The notes under the pieces are model-generated. The model was given only the letters and a program-made list of their open reading frames with translations, had not been told where the DNA came from and did no database searches. This document shows, in pieces, positions 20,353-29,981 of a stretch of DNA of 64,000 bases. This DNA is from Bdellovibrionales bacterium. Lineage in GTDB: Bacteria; Bdellovibrionota; Bdellovibrionia; Bdellovibrionales; UBA1609. The translations under genes were made by a program, and so were the position numbers. Position 1 is the first letter of the stretch. Every line of letters starts with the position of its first letter. The stretch is from assembly GCA_965261545.1 (NCBI GenBank), contig CBDHDF010000010.1:640001-704000 (forward strand). Reading direction: 5' to 3'.

Positions 20353-20707
20353 GTATGTCGCCTCCATCAAATTCCCATTTTTACCTTTGCCAACAAGATG
20401 GATCGTGAGGGCCGTGAACCCATAGAAATCATTGATGGATGTGGAAAACACACTCGGAATGAGATGCTCTATCCTGTGACGGGGCCCATTGGCATTGGTG
20501 ATACGATCACTTCGAGACACTCCCTTTACTTTTGGTGAAATGCCTCGGTTTTCACCAGAGGTTTTTGCCAAACTTCAAAACCTGTGGTTCTCCTTGAAAA
20601 GTGGTTCTCCTTTGAAAGAGAGTGGAATTTAAAATGGTTATCTAAGGAAAACCCCAACCTAGATTTTCATTTTACGGCCAAGTCATTCTGACTTAGCACT
20701 ATTCGGT
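20353..20707 (+). pseudogene. Degenerate mosaic copy of prfC (three non-adjacent segments plus 3' flank)
   Basis: Near-identical to 17890-18029, 18691-18773 and 19132-19246, joined in order, with small indels and substitutions. Confidence 0.93.
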
Positions 20708-20769
20708 TGTGTCTCGATGTCTCGATTTAGTATATTGACAAAACAAAATTTAAAAATGAAAATGTAAGT

Positions 20770-22018
20770 ATGTCGTATTGCAGCCTCTCTCTTAAACACA
20801 AGGCCAAATACAAAGTCAGTGAAGAAGGCTTTACACTTACTGCTGCGCTCATGTCTGTGGCTATCGTGGGTAGGTATGTCTGCCATGATAAGCATGCTTA
20901 CGTTTCAACATAAAGAACTTCAATCCATCAAAGAGCAACTTGTCAGTGCCAATATAAAACAATTTATCCTACAAACCGTAAGAGATCTCGAAAATTGCGA
21001 TTGTCACTTCAAACCAAGCTCCTACGCCACACTCCGCAATGTCAATGGCAAGCTTCGCGATGCGAACGGCATTGACTTAGGCCCCTTCACCATTGATACA
21101 ACGGCTGCGACCATTGGAGACATCAACCTCGGAAGTTTTCGTTCGGGAGGATGTCCTTTCACTTCGACCAGCAATACCATTGTCAAGACAGGTCAACTCA
21201 TCAAAGGCGTAGGGCAATTGAAAACAAAATCTGTCACGGCGAAAAATATTGTACCGATAGTCAACAGAAATGGAGAGTATACGGCCGAACTCACAGTTGA
21301 TTTTGAGAGTTCCCACCGGGCTCTCCGTCCCGCCATTGTCGATATTATTCTTTCGGTGGATGCTAGCATAGACCCAAAAGCCGCCACTATTAGCCATTGC
21401 GGACCAAAAGTTGCTTCGGCGAAGGCAGCTCCAGAAGGGGCCATCTACATCAGTATGGGATCACAAACCAATCGTCTGGAGAATGCAGGTCCTATATATC
21501 AGAGTTCATATGGTGTAGAGGGCTTGCGTATAGAAAATTCAAAAACGACAATAAACCAAAAGATCTCCTGCTACAAAGGAACCAATCTTTGGTGTGCAGG
21601 GGATCATGGGCTCACTCAAGCAAGTCAATGTGATTTGACTTACACAGGCATACACGTCTCATGCCCCTCCGGTTATGTCGTGTACGAGGCAAAGATATAT
21701 AATGGTGGTGGTGGTGGTGGTGTTCCTCCCCAGCTCTACAATACCACACCCTCTGGAGCTCGGTCTGTGCATTGCGATGTTCATCGTTTCAAGGGATCTT
21801 CTAATTCCAATGTCTCCTGCTGGAGTTCTTCCATAAAGAACTCCTACACGACTCCGAGGAATTGCAAGAAAGCAGAAAAAACAGAAGCCGCCCTCTACTG
21901 CCCCAAAAGATCTGTTACTCCTACTGAGCCATATTTGTATAATTTTGTGTTCTTCAAGGACATCTCAACAGCATTTCCTAACACATACTGCCAAGTCATG
22001 TGCATTCCAGCAAAGTAA
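20770..22018 (+). CDS. Prepilin-like (type IV pilin/pseudopilin N-terminus) Cys-rich surface protein, frameshifted near 20868-20870
   Basis: From ATG 20770: MSYCSLSLKHKAKYKVSEEG|FTLTAALMSVAIV; the hydrophobic helix continues in the 20819-22018 frame (VGMSAMISMLTFQHKEL...NCDCHF); Cys-rich C-terminal domain. Confidence 0.7.
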
Positions 22019-22060
22019 GCTCTATTACTCTATCCCCTTCCCCTGGACTTTCGACTTTCA

Positions 22061-22987
22061 TCAACGAGATGAGTCGCAATGGTACTGAACCACTTGGCGA
22101 GCCACATCCATGGAGGCTTTTTGAAAAGCTTCTTCTGTAAAGGCTCCCATATGAGGGCTCAGCAAGAGACGAGGCTGTTGTAGGAGGGGAGAGTTCTGGG
22201 CCAAAGGTTCTTTGCGATAGACATCAAGTCCAGCCCCCGCAAGACGCTGAGAGCTTAAAAAATCAACAAGATCATTCTCATTGATAACCTCTCCCCTAGA
22301 AGTATTCACCAAAATACAGGATTCACTCAACAAAGACATGGACTGATGATTCAACATATTTCTAGTCTCATCGGTCAAGGGAACGTGAAGGGTCAAAATT
22401 TCACACTGCTTAAGAAGCTCTGAAAAACCCACGGGCACAACTCCGTGCTTTGCAAAGTGCCCATGGTCCACATAGGGATCATAGGCCATGCTCCTGGCTC
22501 CAAAGGCTTGCACCAGTTGAGCGACCCTTGTCCCAATGCGACCGAGGCCCACAATGCCAACAAGCTGACCCTGAAGCTCCCCACCGCGACTTAATAGCGA
22601 CCTCCTCCACTGGCCTGAACGGAGAGAAGCATCAGCCTCTTTGAAGTTTCTCAACAAACTTAAAATAAGCAAAAGGGTATGCTCCGCAACGCTTTGAGTA
22701 TTGGCTTCCGCAGCATTAAACACTTGAATTCCCCTTTCCTTACACAACGAAAGGTCAATATGATTCAAGCCACTGGTGGCCGTTCCCACCACTTTTAACT
22801 GAGGAGCCATATTCAAAAGACGATCGTCCACAAGGGTATGACTTCGGGTTAAAAGCACATGGGTGCCCAAAAGGTCTTCCCTCCCTGGTTGCAACTCCCT
22901 TGTGGAACTCAACTTGGCTGAAAGTTGGACCTTGAGAAATCCCTGAGCCTCAATACTATAAGAATCTGTAAGGGTGACCTGAACCAT
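22061..22987 (-). CDS. D-isomer 2-hydroxyacid dehydrogenase, probable D-3-phosphoglycerate dehydrogenase without ACT domain
   Basis: GLNHID, NTQSVAEH, GIVGLGRIG, LHVPLT, NTSRG, LDVY..EP, SPHMGAFT. Confidence 0.85.
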   Translation of the reverse strand: MVQVTLTDSYSIEAQGFLKVQLSAKLSSTRELQPGREDLLGTHVLLTRSHTLVDDRLLNMAPQLKVVGTATSGLNHIDLSLCKERGIQVFNAAEANTQSVAEHTLLLILSLLRNFKEADASLRSGQWRRSLLSRGGELQGQLVGIVGLGRIGTRVAQLVQAFGARSMAYDPYVDHGHFAKHGVVPVGFSELLKQCEILTLHVPLTDETRNMLNHQSMSLLSESCILVNTSRGEVINENDLVDFLSSQRLAGAGLDVYRKEPLAQNSPLLQQPRLLLSPHMGAFTEEAFQKASMDVARQVVQYHCDSSR

Positions 22988-23037
22988 AACTCCTCTCTTA
23001 ACCTCTTAAGTCTCTTAATCCTCTTAAGTCTTATCCC

Positions 23038-24219
23038 TTAAATATTGGGCAAACTCAATTGTTGCAACTGGTCCTGGGCCTTGCTGACAACTTCATTCAC
23101 TTGCCCCTCACTCAATTTCCACCCCATAACTCGAAGGCTCTGCCCTAAGCCTTGAAGGGTCGCCACAAGATCGTCATCTCTTATAAATCCCAAGTGTCCA
23201 ATGCGAAGAATCTTTCCCTCCAAAGACTCCTGCCCCCCCGCCACATAAATGTTGCCATCCTGAAGAATCCGTCGCTGAAGCTCTCGCCCATCCATTCCAT
23301 GGGGAACTTTAATCGCTGTGACAGAGGGACTTGGAGATTGAGAAAAAAGCTCAAGCCCCCACTCCTTCACCGCCCACTGGGTCACTTGAGACAAATTCTT
23401 GCACCTTTGCCAACTCACTCGCTCTCCGCAGTGATTGAGCTGATTGAGCCTATTCAACACCCACCTCAAAGCTCGAATATGGGAGACTGGTGAACTAAAG
23501 CGAGTGTGCCCCTTTTTGTGAGCCTCAAGTTCCAACTTCAAGTCAAAGTAAAATCGAGGGCATTGAGCCACTTGATTGGCTTTCCATGCCCTTGGAGACA
23601 GGGATATAAAGCCCAACCCCGCCGGCAACATAAAAGCCTTCTGTGAAGAGGCCAATACCACATCCCAACCCCACTCATCCACCTTTAGTTCCATGGCTCC
23701 CATGGCCCCCATAGCATCCACCATGAAAAGAACTTTGGGGTGGCCACGGCGCAACCATCGAGACATGTCCTCCACGGGATTTTTAGTCCCTGTGCTGGTC
23801 TCACAGGCTTGCACCATCACCGCCTTTATCAAAGGAGACTGCCCCAACATATCTTCCATCCCCTGAAGAGGCAGGGGATGCCCTTCATCCACTCTAAAAA
23901 TATGAACCCTCAAGCCATAGGCTCTTGCCAACTGAGACCAACGACGACTGAATTTTCCACTCTCCATGACGAGAACTTCATCACCTGGAGAAAGAGTATT
24001 TGTTACAGCGGCTTCCATCACTCCAGAACCCGTGCATGTAAGAAGTAAAACCGGTTGAGTCGTTGCAAAAACTTTCTTTAATTCACTGAAAACATATTTC
24101 AGCTCTTCAGAAAATTCAGGAAGCCGGTGATGCACCATAGGTTGAGCTAAAGCTTGCAGGACCTCCTTGGGAAGGGGCACCGGCCCCGGCGACATCAAGC
24201 GAAAGGGTTTAGATCTCAT
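23038..24219 (-). CDS. Class V PLP aminotransferase (serine-pyruvate/alanine-glyoxylate type)
   Basis: SPGPVP, GSGVMEA, ETSTG, VDA, SQKAFMLPAGL, RIGHLG. Confidence 0.9.
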   Translation of the reverse strand: MRSKPFRLMSPGPVPLPKEVLQALAQPMVHHRLPEFSEELKYVFSELKKVFATTQPVLLLTCTGSGVMEAAVTNTLSPGDEVLVMESGKFSRRWSQLARAYGLRVHIFRVDEGHPLPLQGMEDMLGQSPLIKAVMVQACETSTGTKNPVEDMSRWLRRGHPKVLFMVDAMGAMGAMELKVDEWGWDVVLASSQKAFMLPAGLGFISLSPRAWKANQVAQCPRFYFDLKLELEAHKKGHTRFSSPVSHIRALRWVLNRLNQLNHCGERVSWQRCKNLSQVTQWAVKEWGLELFSQSPSPSVTAIKVPHGMDGRELQRRILQDGNIYVAGGQESLEGKILRIGHLGFIRDDDLVATLQGLGQSLRVMGWKLSEGQVNEVVSKAQDQLQQLSLPNI

Positions 24220-24495
24220 AGCTTCCTCCTAAAGTCATTCACCTTACTCATAAGATGTCCTTATTTTCAAGAAAAACTCTTACCTGGAAAAGCTAGACAG
24301 GAACTGGCTCAAAATGACTCAAAGCTAGCTCAAAACTAGCTCAAAAAAAATTAAGGTTTCTCAAAAGGGCACCGATCAAAAATATAAGCCTCCATCCAAG
24401 AGCCCAACTATAAGGCCAGGGCAGCACCATCTTTTCTTATTAGCTATTTAACTTAACAACTGAGTTATTTTTAACTGAAAGGGCCATCTTCATAA

Positions 24496-26442
24496 ATGCA
24501 AGCGAACAGAAAAAAAACGGCTCTCTCGAAAGTGAAGGTGATTGTCGTGGCAACGATCACCTGGACTACTATGGCCTGCTCCCATCTCCCAAAATCCACC
24601 TCTCCCCAAACTCCCAGTGACCCTAGTCAAGCCCTCCACCACGAAAACTCCCCCACAATAAATCATATTTTTGTCCAGACTCAGGCTGATTACCACTACT
24701 CTCTCGGTGAGCTTTTAAGCCTCAATAAAGATCCAAAAGGAGCTATTCAGGAGTTTCAACGCACCCTCATCTACAACCCCAAAGCCACCATCGTGCTCCT
24801 AAGATTATCCGCGGAGCACTTAAAGTTAGGACAACTCAATGAAGCCATTGAGTATGCAGAAGATGCCATTGAGCAGGACCCAAAATTTGAAGAAGGATAC
24901 CTATTGCTAGGGGGCCTCTACACCTCCCTTCGCATGTATCAAAAAGCCACGAACCAATACCTCAAACTCCTAGAGATAAACCCTCAACACCTGGAGGCTT
25001 ACCTCCACATGGGAGCCCTGTTTGCAGAACAACAAGAATATAAAAAAGCTGAAAGCATCTTCTTAAAGATCGCCAAAGATCCTAACAACCCACAACCTCA
25101 CCTTCCCTATTACTACTTGGGCAGAATCTACAGCGAACAAATCGAGCAAAGCAAAAGCTTTATCACCAAGGCAAAAAAAGCCTACCAGGAAAGCCTCCGC
25201 CTTAAGGCCAATGACGAAAATTCTATGCTTGCCCTCATCAGCCTCCACGAGGAAGGGGGAAACCTCCAAAAAGCCCTCCAACTGGCCCACTCCTTCCAAG
25301 AGAGGTTTGGTCCTCGCCCACTCATTGCTAAATACCTAAGCATGGTTTATTTAGAGCAGGAGGTCCACGATAAGGCCATTGTCCAACTCAGATACCTCGA
25401 AGCTTTTGATCCATCCGACCTCAAAATTAAATTACAACTTGCTCTCATTCTCACCAAACAACAGCGCTTTCGAGAGGCCATTGATACATTTCAAAGAATT
25501 CTTAAGATAGCTCCACAGTCAGATAAGGCTCAATTCTACCTAGGTGCCATCTACGAAGAGTTGGGGGACACTTCCTCATCCATAAAGCACTTTTCTCAAA
25601 TCCATGCCATAAGCTCCTATTATGCCGACGCCGTGATTCACATGACAAGTCTCTACGCCAAAAGGCAGGACCTAGACCAAGCTCTTGAGGTCATTAAAAA
25701 GGCTTTAAGCCTTCGCCAAGACCACCCCCAACTCTATATTTTTTATGCCTCCCTCCTCAGTGATAAAAAAAATTATAAAGCAGCTATACATACCCTTTCA
25801 GAAGCTCAAGCGCGATTTCCCAACAACACACAAGTGCTATTTTTCCTTGGCACGATCTTTGACCAAACCGGTCAACTGAATTTAACAATCGCTCATATGA
25901 AGAAAGTCCTAGAAATGGATGGAAATCATGCGCGCGCTCTGAATTACCTGGCCTACACCTATGCTGAACAAAATGGCCCCCTTGAAGAAGCCGAAAAACT
26001 CGTTCGTCGAGCCTTAAAGCTCCAACCCAATGACGCCTACATCTTAGATACAATGGGCTGGGTTCTATTCAAAAAGGGAGAGATTGCCAAGGCCATCCAC
26101 TTTCTTGAAACCGCCCATGCGGCTCGCCCCTTAGAAAGTACAGTGGCCGAGCATCTAGGAGATGCTTACTCTAAATTTAAGCTTTTCAAGAAAGCAAAAC
26201 AAATGTATAAGTTGGCTGCGGAGGTTGCAGCCAATGAAAATAATGAAGCCAATGAAGCCAATGAAAACAATGAAAGAGTCCATCAGCTTCATACAAAAAT
26301 CAGCACCTTGGAACGCCAAATCCAAGCAAAACGAGAGCCTACACCTTCAACAGAGCGAAGAAGACCTGCGTCCTCGGCACAGCAACCCAAGCGACCCACA
26401 GCACCTTCCACAAAACAAAGACCTGCGTCCTCGACGAAGTGA
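24496..26442 (+). CDS. Tetratricopeptide repeat lipoprotein
   Basis: Lipobox-like TMAC, many TPRs, ALNYLAYTYAE...AYILDTMGWV...HLGDAY. Confidence 0.9.
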   Translation: MQANRKKTALSKVKVIVVATITWTTMACSHLPKSTSPQTPSDPSQALHHENSPTINHIFVQTQADYHYSLGELLSLNKDPKGAIQEFQRTLIYNPKATIVLLRLSAEHLKLGQLNEAIEYAEDAIEQDPKFEEGYLLLGGLYTSLRMYQKATNQYLKLLEINPQHLEAYLHMGALFAEQQEYKKAESIFLKIAKDPNNPQPHLPYYYLGRIYSEQIEQSKSFITKAKKAYQESLRLKANDENSMLALISLHEEGGNLQKALQLAHSFQERFGPRPLIAKYLSMVYLEQEVHDKAIVQLRYLEAFDPSDLKIKLQLALILTKQQRFREAIDTFQRILKIAPQSDKAQFYLGAIYEELGDTSSSIKHFSQIHAISSYYADAVIHMTSLYAKRQDLDQALEVIKKALSLRQDHPQLYIFYASLLSDKKNYKAAIHTLSEAQARFPNNTQVLFFLGTIFDQTGQLNLTIAHMKKVLEMDGNHARALNYLAYTYAEQNGPLEEAEKLVRRALKLQPNDAYILDTMGWVLFKKGEIAKAIHFLETAHAARPLESTVAEHLGDAYSKFKLFKKAKQMYKLAAEVAANENNEANEANENNERVHQLHTKISTLERQIQAKREPTPSTERRRPASSAQQPKRPTAPSTKQRPASSTK

Positions 26443-26491
26443 AGGCTCCCCTCCCCTAAGAGTTCTATCTAAACACCACCTTCTTCCACTC

Positions 26492-27127
26492 ATGTTTTTC
26501 CTAACGACCCTAGCTCTAGGCACCCTATCTTGCCAAACACTTCCCTCCATGGACGATGGAGCCCATGAACCACAGCCACAGATTCAAGAAGGGCATTGGG
26601 AAGCCAAGGTACGCATTAAAAATACAAAGACGAACTTCTCTTACGTAGTCCGCATGGATGCCTACGCAAAATACAATCAAAAAATGCGCCTTGATATCAC
26701 CCACATACTCACAGGCCACTTGGCCAGCTTGGCTTTAAGAGGCGAAGAAATGGAAGCCTTAGTCGTCCCGCAAAAAGTTTTTTACTCAGGAAAGATACCT
26801 CCTAAAGCCCTCAAGCTCATCATCCGAGTGCCCATTCACCCCAAAACCTTTTACAATCTTCTTTTTGCACGCCCCATTGTTGGGAAGGGTTGGACTTGCT
26901 CCGAAAACTCCCAACAACAGCTTGCAGAATGCTACAATTCACTGAGTAAAATCAAAGTCCTCTGGAAGTCCAAAAAAGGCTTCCCCCCCTATATCAAAAA
27001 TATTCTTGTACAACACCCCGCAGGGAGCTTGAAAATACATATCGCTCGCTTTGCCTCCCAACTTCCTCCAAGAAAAAACCTTTTTTACTTGAAAAAACCC
27101 GAGTCCTTCAAACTTCGCCAATTCTAG
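26492..27127 (+). CDS. Putative LolB/DUF4292-like lipoprotein (start uncertain; track ORF begins at 26162)
   Basis: MFFLTTLALGTLSC lipobox, MRLDI...G..ASL beta-strand pattern, directly after the TPR gene. Confidence 0.55.
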   Translation: MFFLTTLALGTLSCQTLPSMDDGAHEPQPQIQEGHWEAKVRIKNTKTNFSYVVRMDAYAKYNQKMRLDITHILTGHLASLALRGEEMEALVVPQKVFYSGKIPPKALKLIIRVPIHPKTFYNLLFARPIVGKGWTCSENSQQQLAECYNSLSKIKVLWKSKKGFPPYIKNILVQHPAGSLKIHIARFASQLPPRKNLFYLKKPESFKLRQF

Positions 27128-27196
27128 CTAGTACTGCTTTCACCAGTTCTAGCACTTCACCTCTAGTACTTCTTTCACCAGTTCTAGCACTTCACC
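27128..27196. repeat. Intergenic tandem duplication, 35-bp period, two copies
   Basis: ctagtact(g/t)ctttcaccagttctagcacttcacc at 27128 and 27163. Confidence 0.85.
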
Positions 27197-27256
27197 AGCT
27201 CTCATCTCAACTCTCATCTGCATCTGCTTGCTAAGCAGGAGCTAGGAGCTGTGACG

Positions 27257-28834
27257 CTAATCCTTGTTAATAGGTCTTGGGAAGACTGTATGTTCTTTGC
27301 CATCAAATGCAAGAAGCTTCTTTTCTCCAGCCATGACAGTGGAAAGCCAAATGGGTTTTTTCCATAGAGAGTGGATCCTCTTCATGGTCTCCCTCATGGC
27401 ATCGGGCTGCATATCCACCCCCTCGTGGAGATGTTCTAATAAGATTCCTCCAGAATCACATCCTTCTCCGTCCACATAAATAATGGGTTGGCCCATATTG
27501 GTCAGTTGAAAGAGAAGCTTGGACTTAACGGCATCAAAGTCACGAGTATCAATTTCCATCCTTTGTGTCTTTGGATTCAGTTTGTATACAAACATTTTGT
27601 TTTCAACACAAAAATCTTTGGTTAAAAATTCATCAATAAATGTCACATCATTATAGTCTCTTCTCACTTGATAAATTTTTTCCATACCTTGATTTGTCTT
27701 TCTGTCCCAGCGCTTCTTTTCTTCGATATCATCACATTCATCCCAATCTAAACCAAACTGCCCTTTATCCCAACGCTCCTGAATATTTCGGAAAAGCTCA
27801 ATGCCTACCTTATAGGGGTTAAATCCATGGGGGGCCATAGACATTGCACCACTGTGACGATCGGCAAAGTCTATGATCTCACTGTCACTCAAAGCACCCT
27901 CTGTCATGATTTTAGAGTGCCAAAATGAAGCCCACCCCTCATTCATCACCTTCGTCATTCGCTGTGGAGCAAAGTAATAAGATTCCTCACGCAAAAGCGA
28001 CAAAACATCCTGTTCCCAATCTTTGAGAGGGGCATGTTCAAGAAGAAAACCCAAAATATCTCTCTGTCGATCTGAAGATTGTCGATCTGAAGATTGTCGA
28101 TCTGAAGATTGGGGTTTTTCAAGCAAAGATACTCTTTTTTCTGTAACAGCTTCACCAGAAGGTTTTTCTAAGTATTGTCGATCTGAAGATTGTCGATCTG
28201 AAAATTGTCGATCTAAGGGCTTCCGAAAAGACTCAAGATACTGACGGGGAACTTGACTGAAAGAAGAGGTCTCACTTTTGGTACCCCCCCCTTCTCTTTG
28301 TAATTTCAACTCATCCACCTTAACCTTACTATATGGGTGATAAGGATCAATAAGATTCTCAAGACTAAGGCAATTATCAATAAAAGTCTCAACAGTGTCC
28401 TGCCCATAAAGCTCTTGATACTTTCTTACCTTTGTAGCGTGATTGGCCATGGTATCTAGCATTTTAGTATCTGTTTGCCGAAACCATTGGTTATTCTTAA
28501 AAAAATCAGAATGCCCATAAACATGAGCCATCACAAGTTTTTGATCAATAAACTGATTGCCTTCCATTAAATAGGCATAACAGGGATTCGTATTAATAAC
28601 CAACTCGTATATCTTAGAAAGACCATATTCATAATTCTTTGACAGCCTCTCATACTCCATGCCCCACTTCCAATGGGGGTAGCGAACAGGAAACCCACCG
28701 CAAGCAGCAATCTCATTGAGTTGACTATGGGTTACAAGTTCAAAAATAGTTTCAAAGAAATCGAGACCTACAGACTCAGCCATTTTCTTAATTTTTTTTC
28801 TTTCACTCTCAAGCTTAGGAGTTAGTATGGCCAC
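27257..28834 (-). CDS. SpoVR family protein
   Basis: RYPHWKWG, IYELVIN.NPCYAYL, AHVYGHSDFFKNN, TKVMNEGWASFWH, NPYKVG. Confidence 0.95.
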   Translation of the reverse strand: MAILTPKLESERKKIKKMAESVGLDFFETIFELVTHSQLNEIAACGGFPVRYPHWKWGMEYERLSKNYEYGLSKIYELVINTNPCYAYLMEGNQFIDQKLVMAHVYGHSDFFKNNQWFRQTDTKMLDTMANHATKVRKYQELYGQDTVETFIDNCLSLENLIDPYHPYSKVKVDELKLQREGGGTKSETSSFSQVPRQYLESFRKPLDRQFSDRQSSDRQYLEKPSGEAVTEKRVSLLEKPQSSDRQSSDRQSSDRQRDILGFLLEHAPLKDWEQDVLSLLREESYYFAPQRMTKVMNEGWASFWHSKIMTEGALSDSEIIDFADRHSGAMSMAPHGFNPYKVGIELFRNIQERWDKGQFGLDWDECDDIEEKKRWDRKTNQGMEKIYQVRRDYNDVTFIDEFLTKDFCVENKMFVYKLNPKTQRMEIDTRDFDAVKSKLLFQLTNMGQPIIYVDGEGCDSGGILLEHLHEGVDMQPDAMRETMKRIHSLWKKPIWLSTVMAGEKKLLAFDGKEHTVFPRPINKD

Positions 28835-28840
28835 AATCTC

Positions 28841-29938
28841 CTACCTTCCCTTTCCAAAAAAATCTTTGATAGAGGACAAAATGTGGTCTTTGCTCACAAT
28901 ATGGCTCATCAAGATGCGCTCTTCATTAAGAAATTGTCTTTGTAAATCCTTTAGAAACTGCCCACTACCATACTTGCTTTCCACCTGCCCGTAACAGAAC
29001 ATATTCACTCTCGACAAAAAGAATTCTTTCAAAATTTGGATGCAAACTTTAGTGTCCTCACCACTCCAGTTGTCTCCATCGCTAAAGTGAAACGGATAGA
29101 TATTCCAGTGACTTGAAGAGTAGTCGGAGAAAATTATGTCTCGACAAAGCTTGTAAGAAGAACTAATGAGAGTTCCTCCAGATTCACTTGTAGAAAAGAA
29201 AGTCCTCTCATTCACCTCTTTTGCAACTGCATCATGTATGATAAAGCGAGTTTCAAGCCCTTTGTAGTTTCTTTTAAGCCATGTATTGATCCAAAAACTT
29301 TCCAAACGAACAATTTCTTTTTGCTCTTCCCCCATGGACCCTGATACATCCATAATATAGATGACCACGGCATTGGCCTGAAGCACTTTGGTCTCCTTAA
29401 AAGATCTATAACGAAAATCCTCTTTACGCAAAGGGATAATAAGAGGCACATCGTCTTCATAATCACCTGTAATCATAGCTCTTTTTAAAGCCTCTTTATA
29501 AGAAGATTTAAAGTGACGAAGACTGTCAGGCCCCGAAGAGGAACGACCTGTGTATTTTTTATTGTTAATTTCTATATTCTTGTCCCCACGATTTTGAATC
29601 CGAGGCAAAGAAAGTTCTTCGCCAAGAATATCAGCAAGTTCATCGAGAGAGACCTCAACCTCGATTGTATGCTCTCCTTCTTTTTGGCCAGCTTGCGGCT
29701 GATTTCCTGGGCCCTCAACACCCTCGTCGGGTGCCCCACTTCCCTGCCCCACCCCACTTTCCTGGGGAGCACCATACCTAAACCTAGGGATCTCAATAAA
29801 TGGAATGGGAATCTTCACAAATTGATCTTCCTGACGACCCATCAATTTATCATAACTAATATATTTTTTAAAATCTTGTCTAATGAGACCACGAATAATA
29901 GATTGAAAACGCTTGTGGTCTTCTTTAACAGCCATCAT
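28841..29938 (-). CDS. YeaH/YhbH (DUF444) vWA-like protein
   Basis: IMDVSGSM, ESGGTLISS, WNIYPFHFSDGDNW. Confidence 0.95.
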   Translation of the reverse strand: MMAVKEDHKRFQSIIRGLIRQDFKKYISYDKLMGRQEDQFVKIPIPFIEIPRFRYGAPQESGVGQGSGAPDEGVEGPGNQPQAGQKEGEHTIEVEVSLDELADILGEELSLPRIQNRGDKNIEINNKKYTGRSSSGPDSLRHFKSSYKEALKRAMITGDYEDDVPLIIPLRKEDFRYRSFKETKVLQANAVVIYIMDVSGSMGEEQKEIVRLESFWINTWLKRNYKGLETRFIIHDAVAKEVNERTFFSTSESGGTLISSSYKLCRDIIFSDYSSSHWNIYPFHFSDGDNWSGEDTKVCIQILKEFFLSRVNMFCYGQVESKYGSGQFLKDLQRQFLNEERILMSHIVSKDHILSSIKDFFGKGR

Positions 29939-29981
29939 ATCTCCATCAAATCTCTATTTTGCATCTTTCTATTTTGCATCT

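Noticed and set aside
20323..20571. 82-aa minus-strand ORF
   Set aside because: Antisense reading of the prfC ghost copy; mirrors shadow ORF 17827-18072
20353..20707. Diversity-generating retroelement template/variable repeat pair
   Set aside because: Differences from prfC are indels and mixed substitutions, not adenine-specific; no reverse transcriptase in the window
26162..26491. N-terminal 110 aa of the track ORF 26162-27127
   Set aside because: Overlaps the TPR gene out of frame; the lipoprotein signal starts near 26492
27128..27196. CRISPR-sized (34-35 bp) repeat
   Set aside because: Two abutting copies with no spacer and no cas genes
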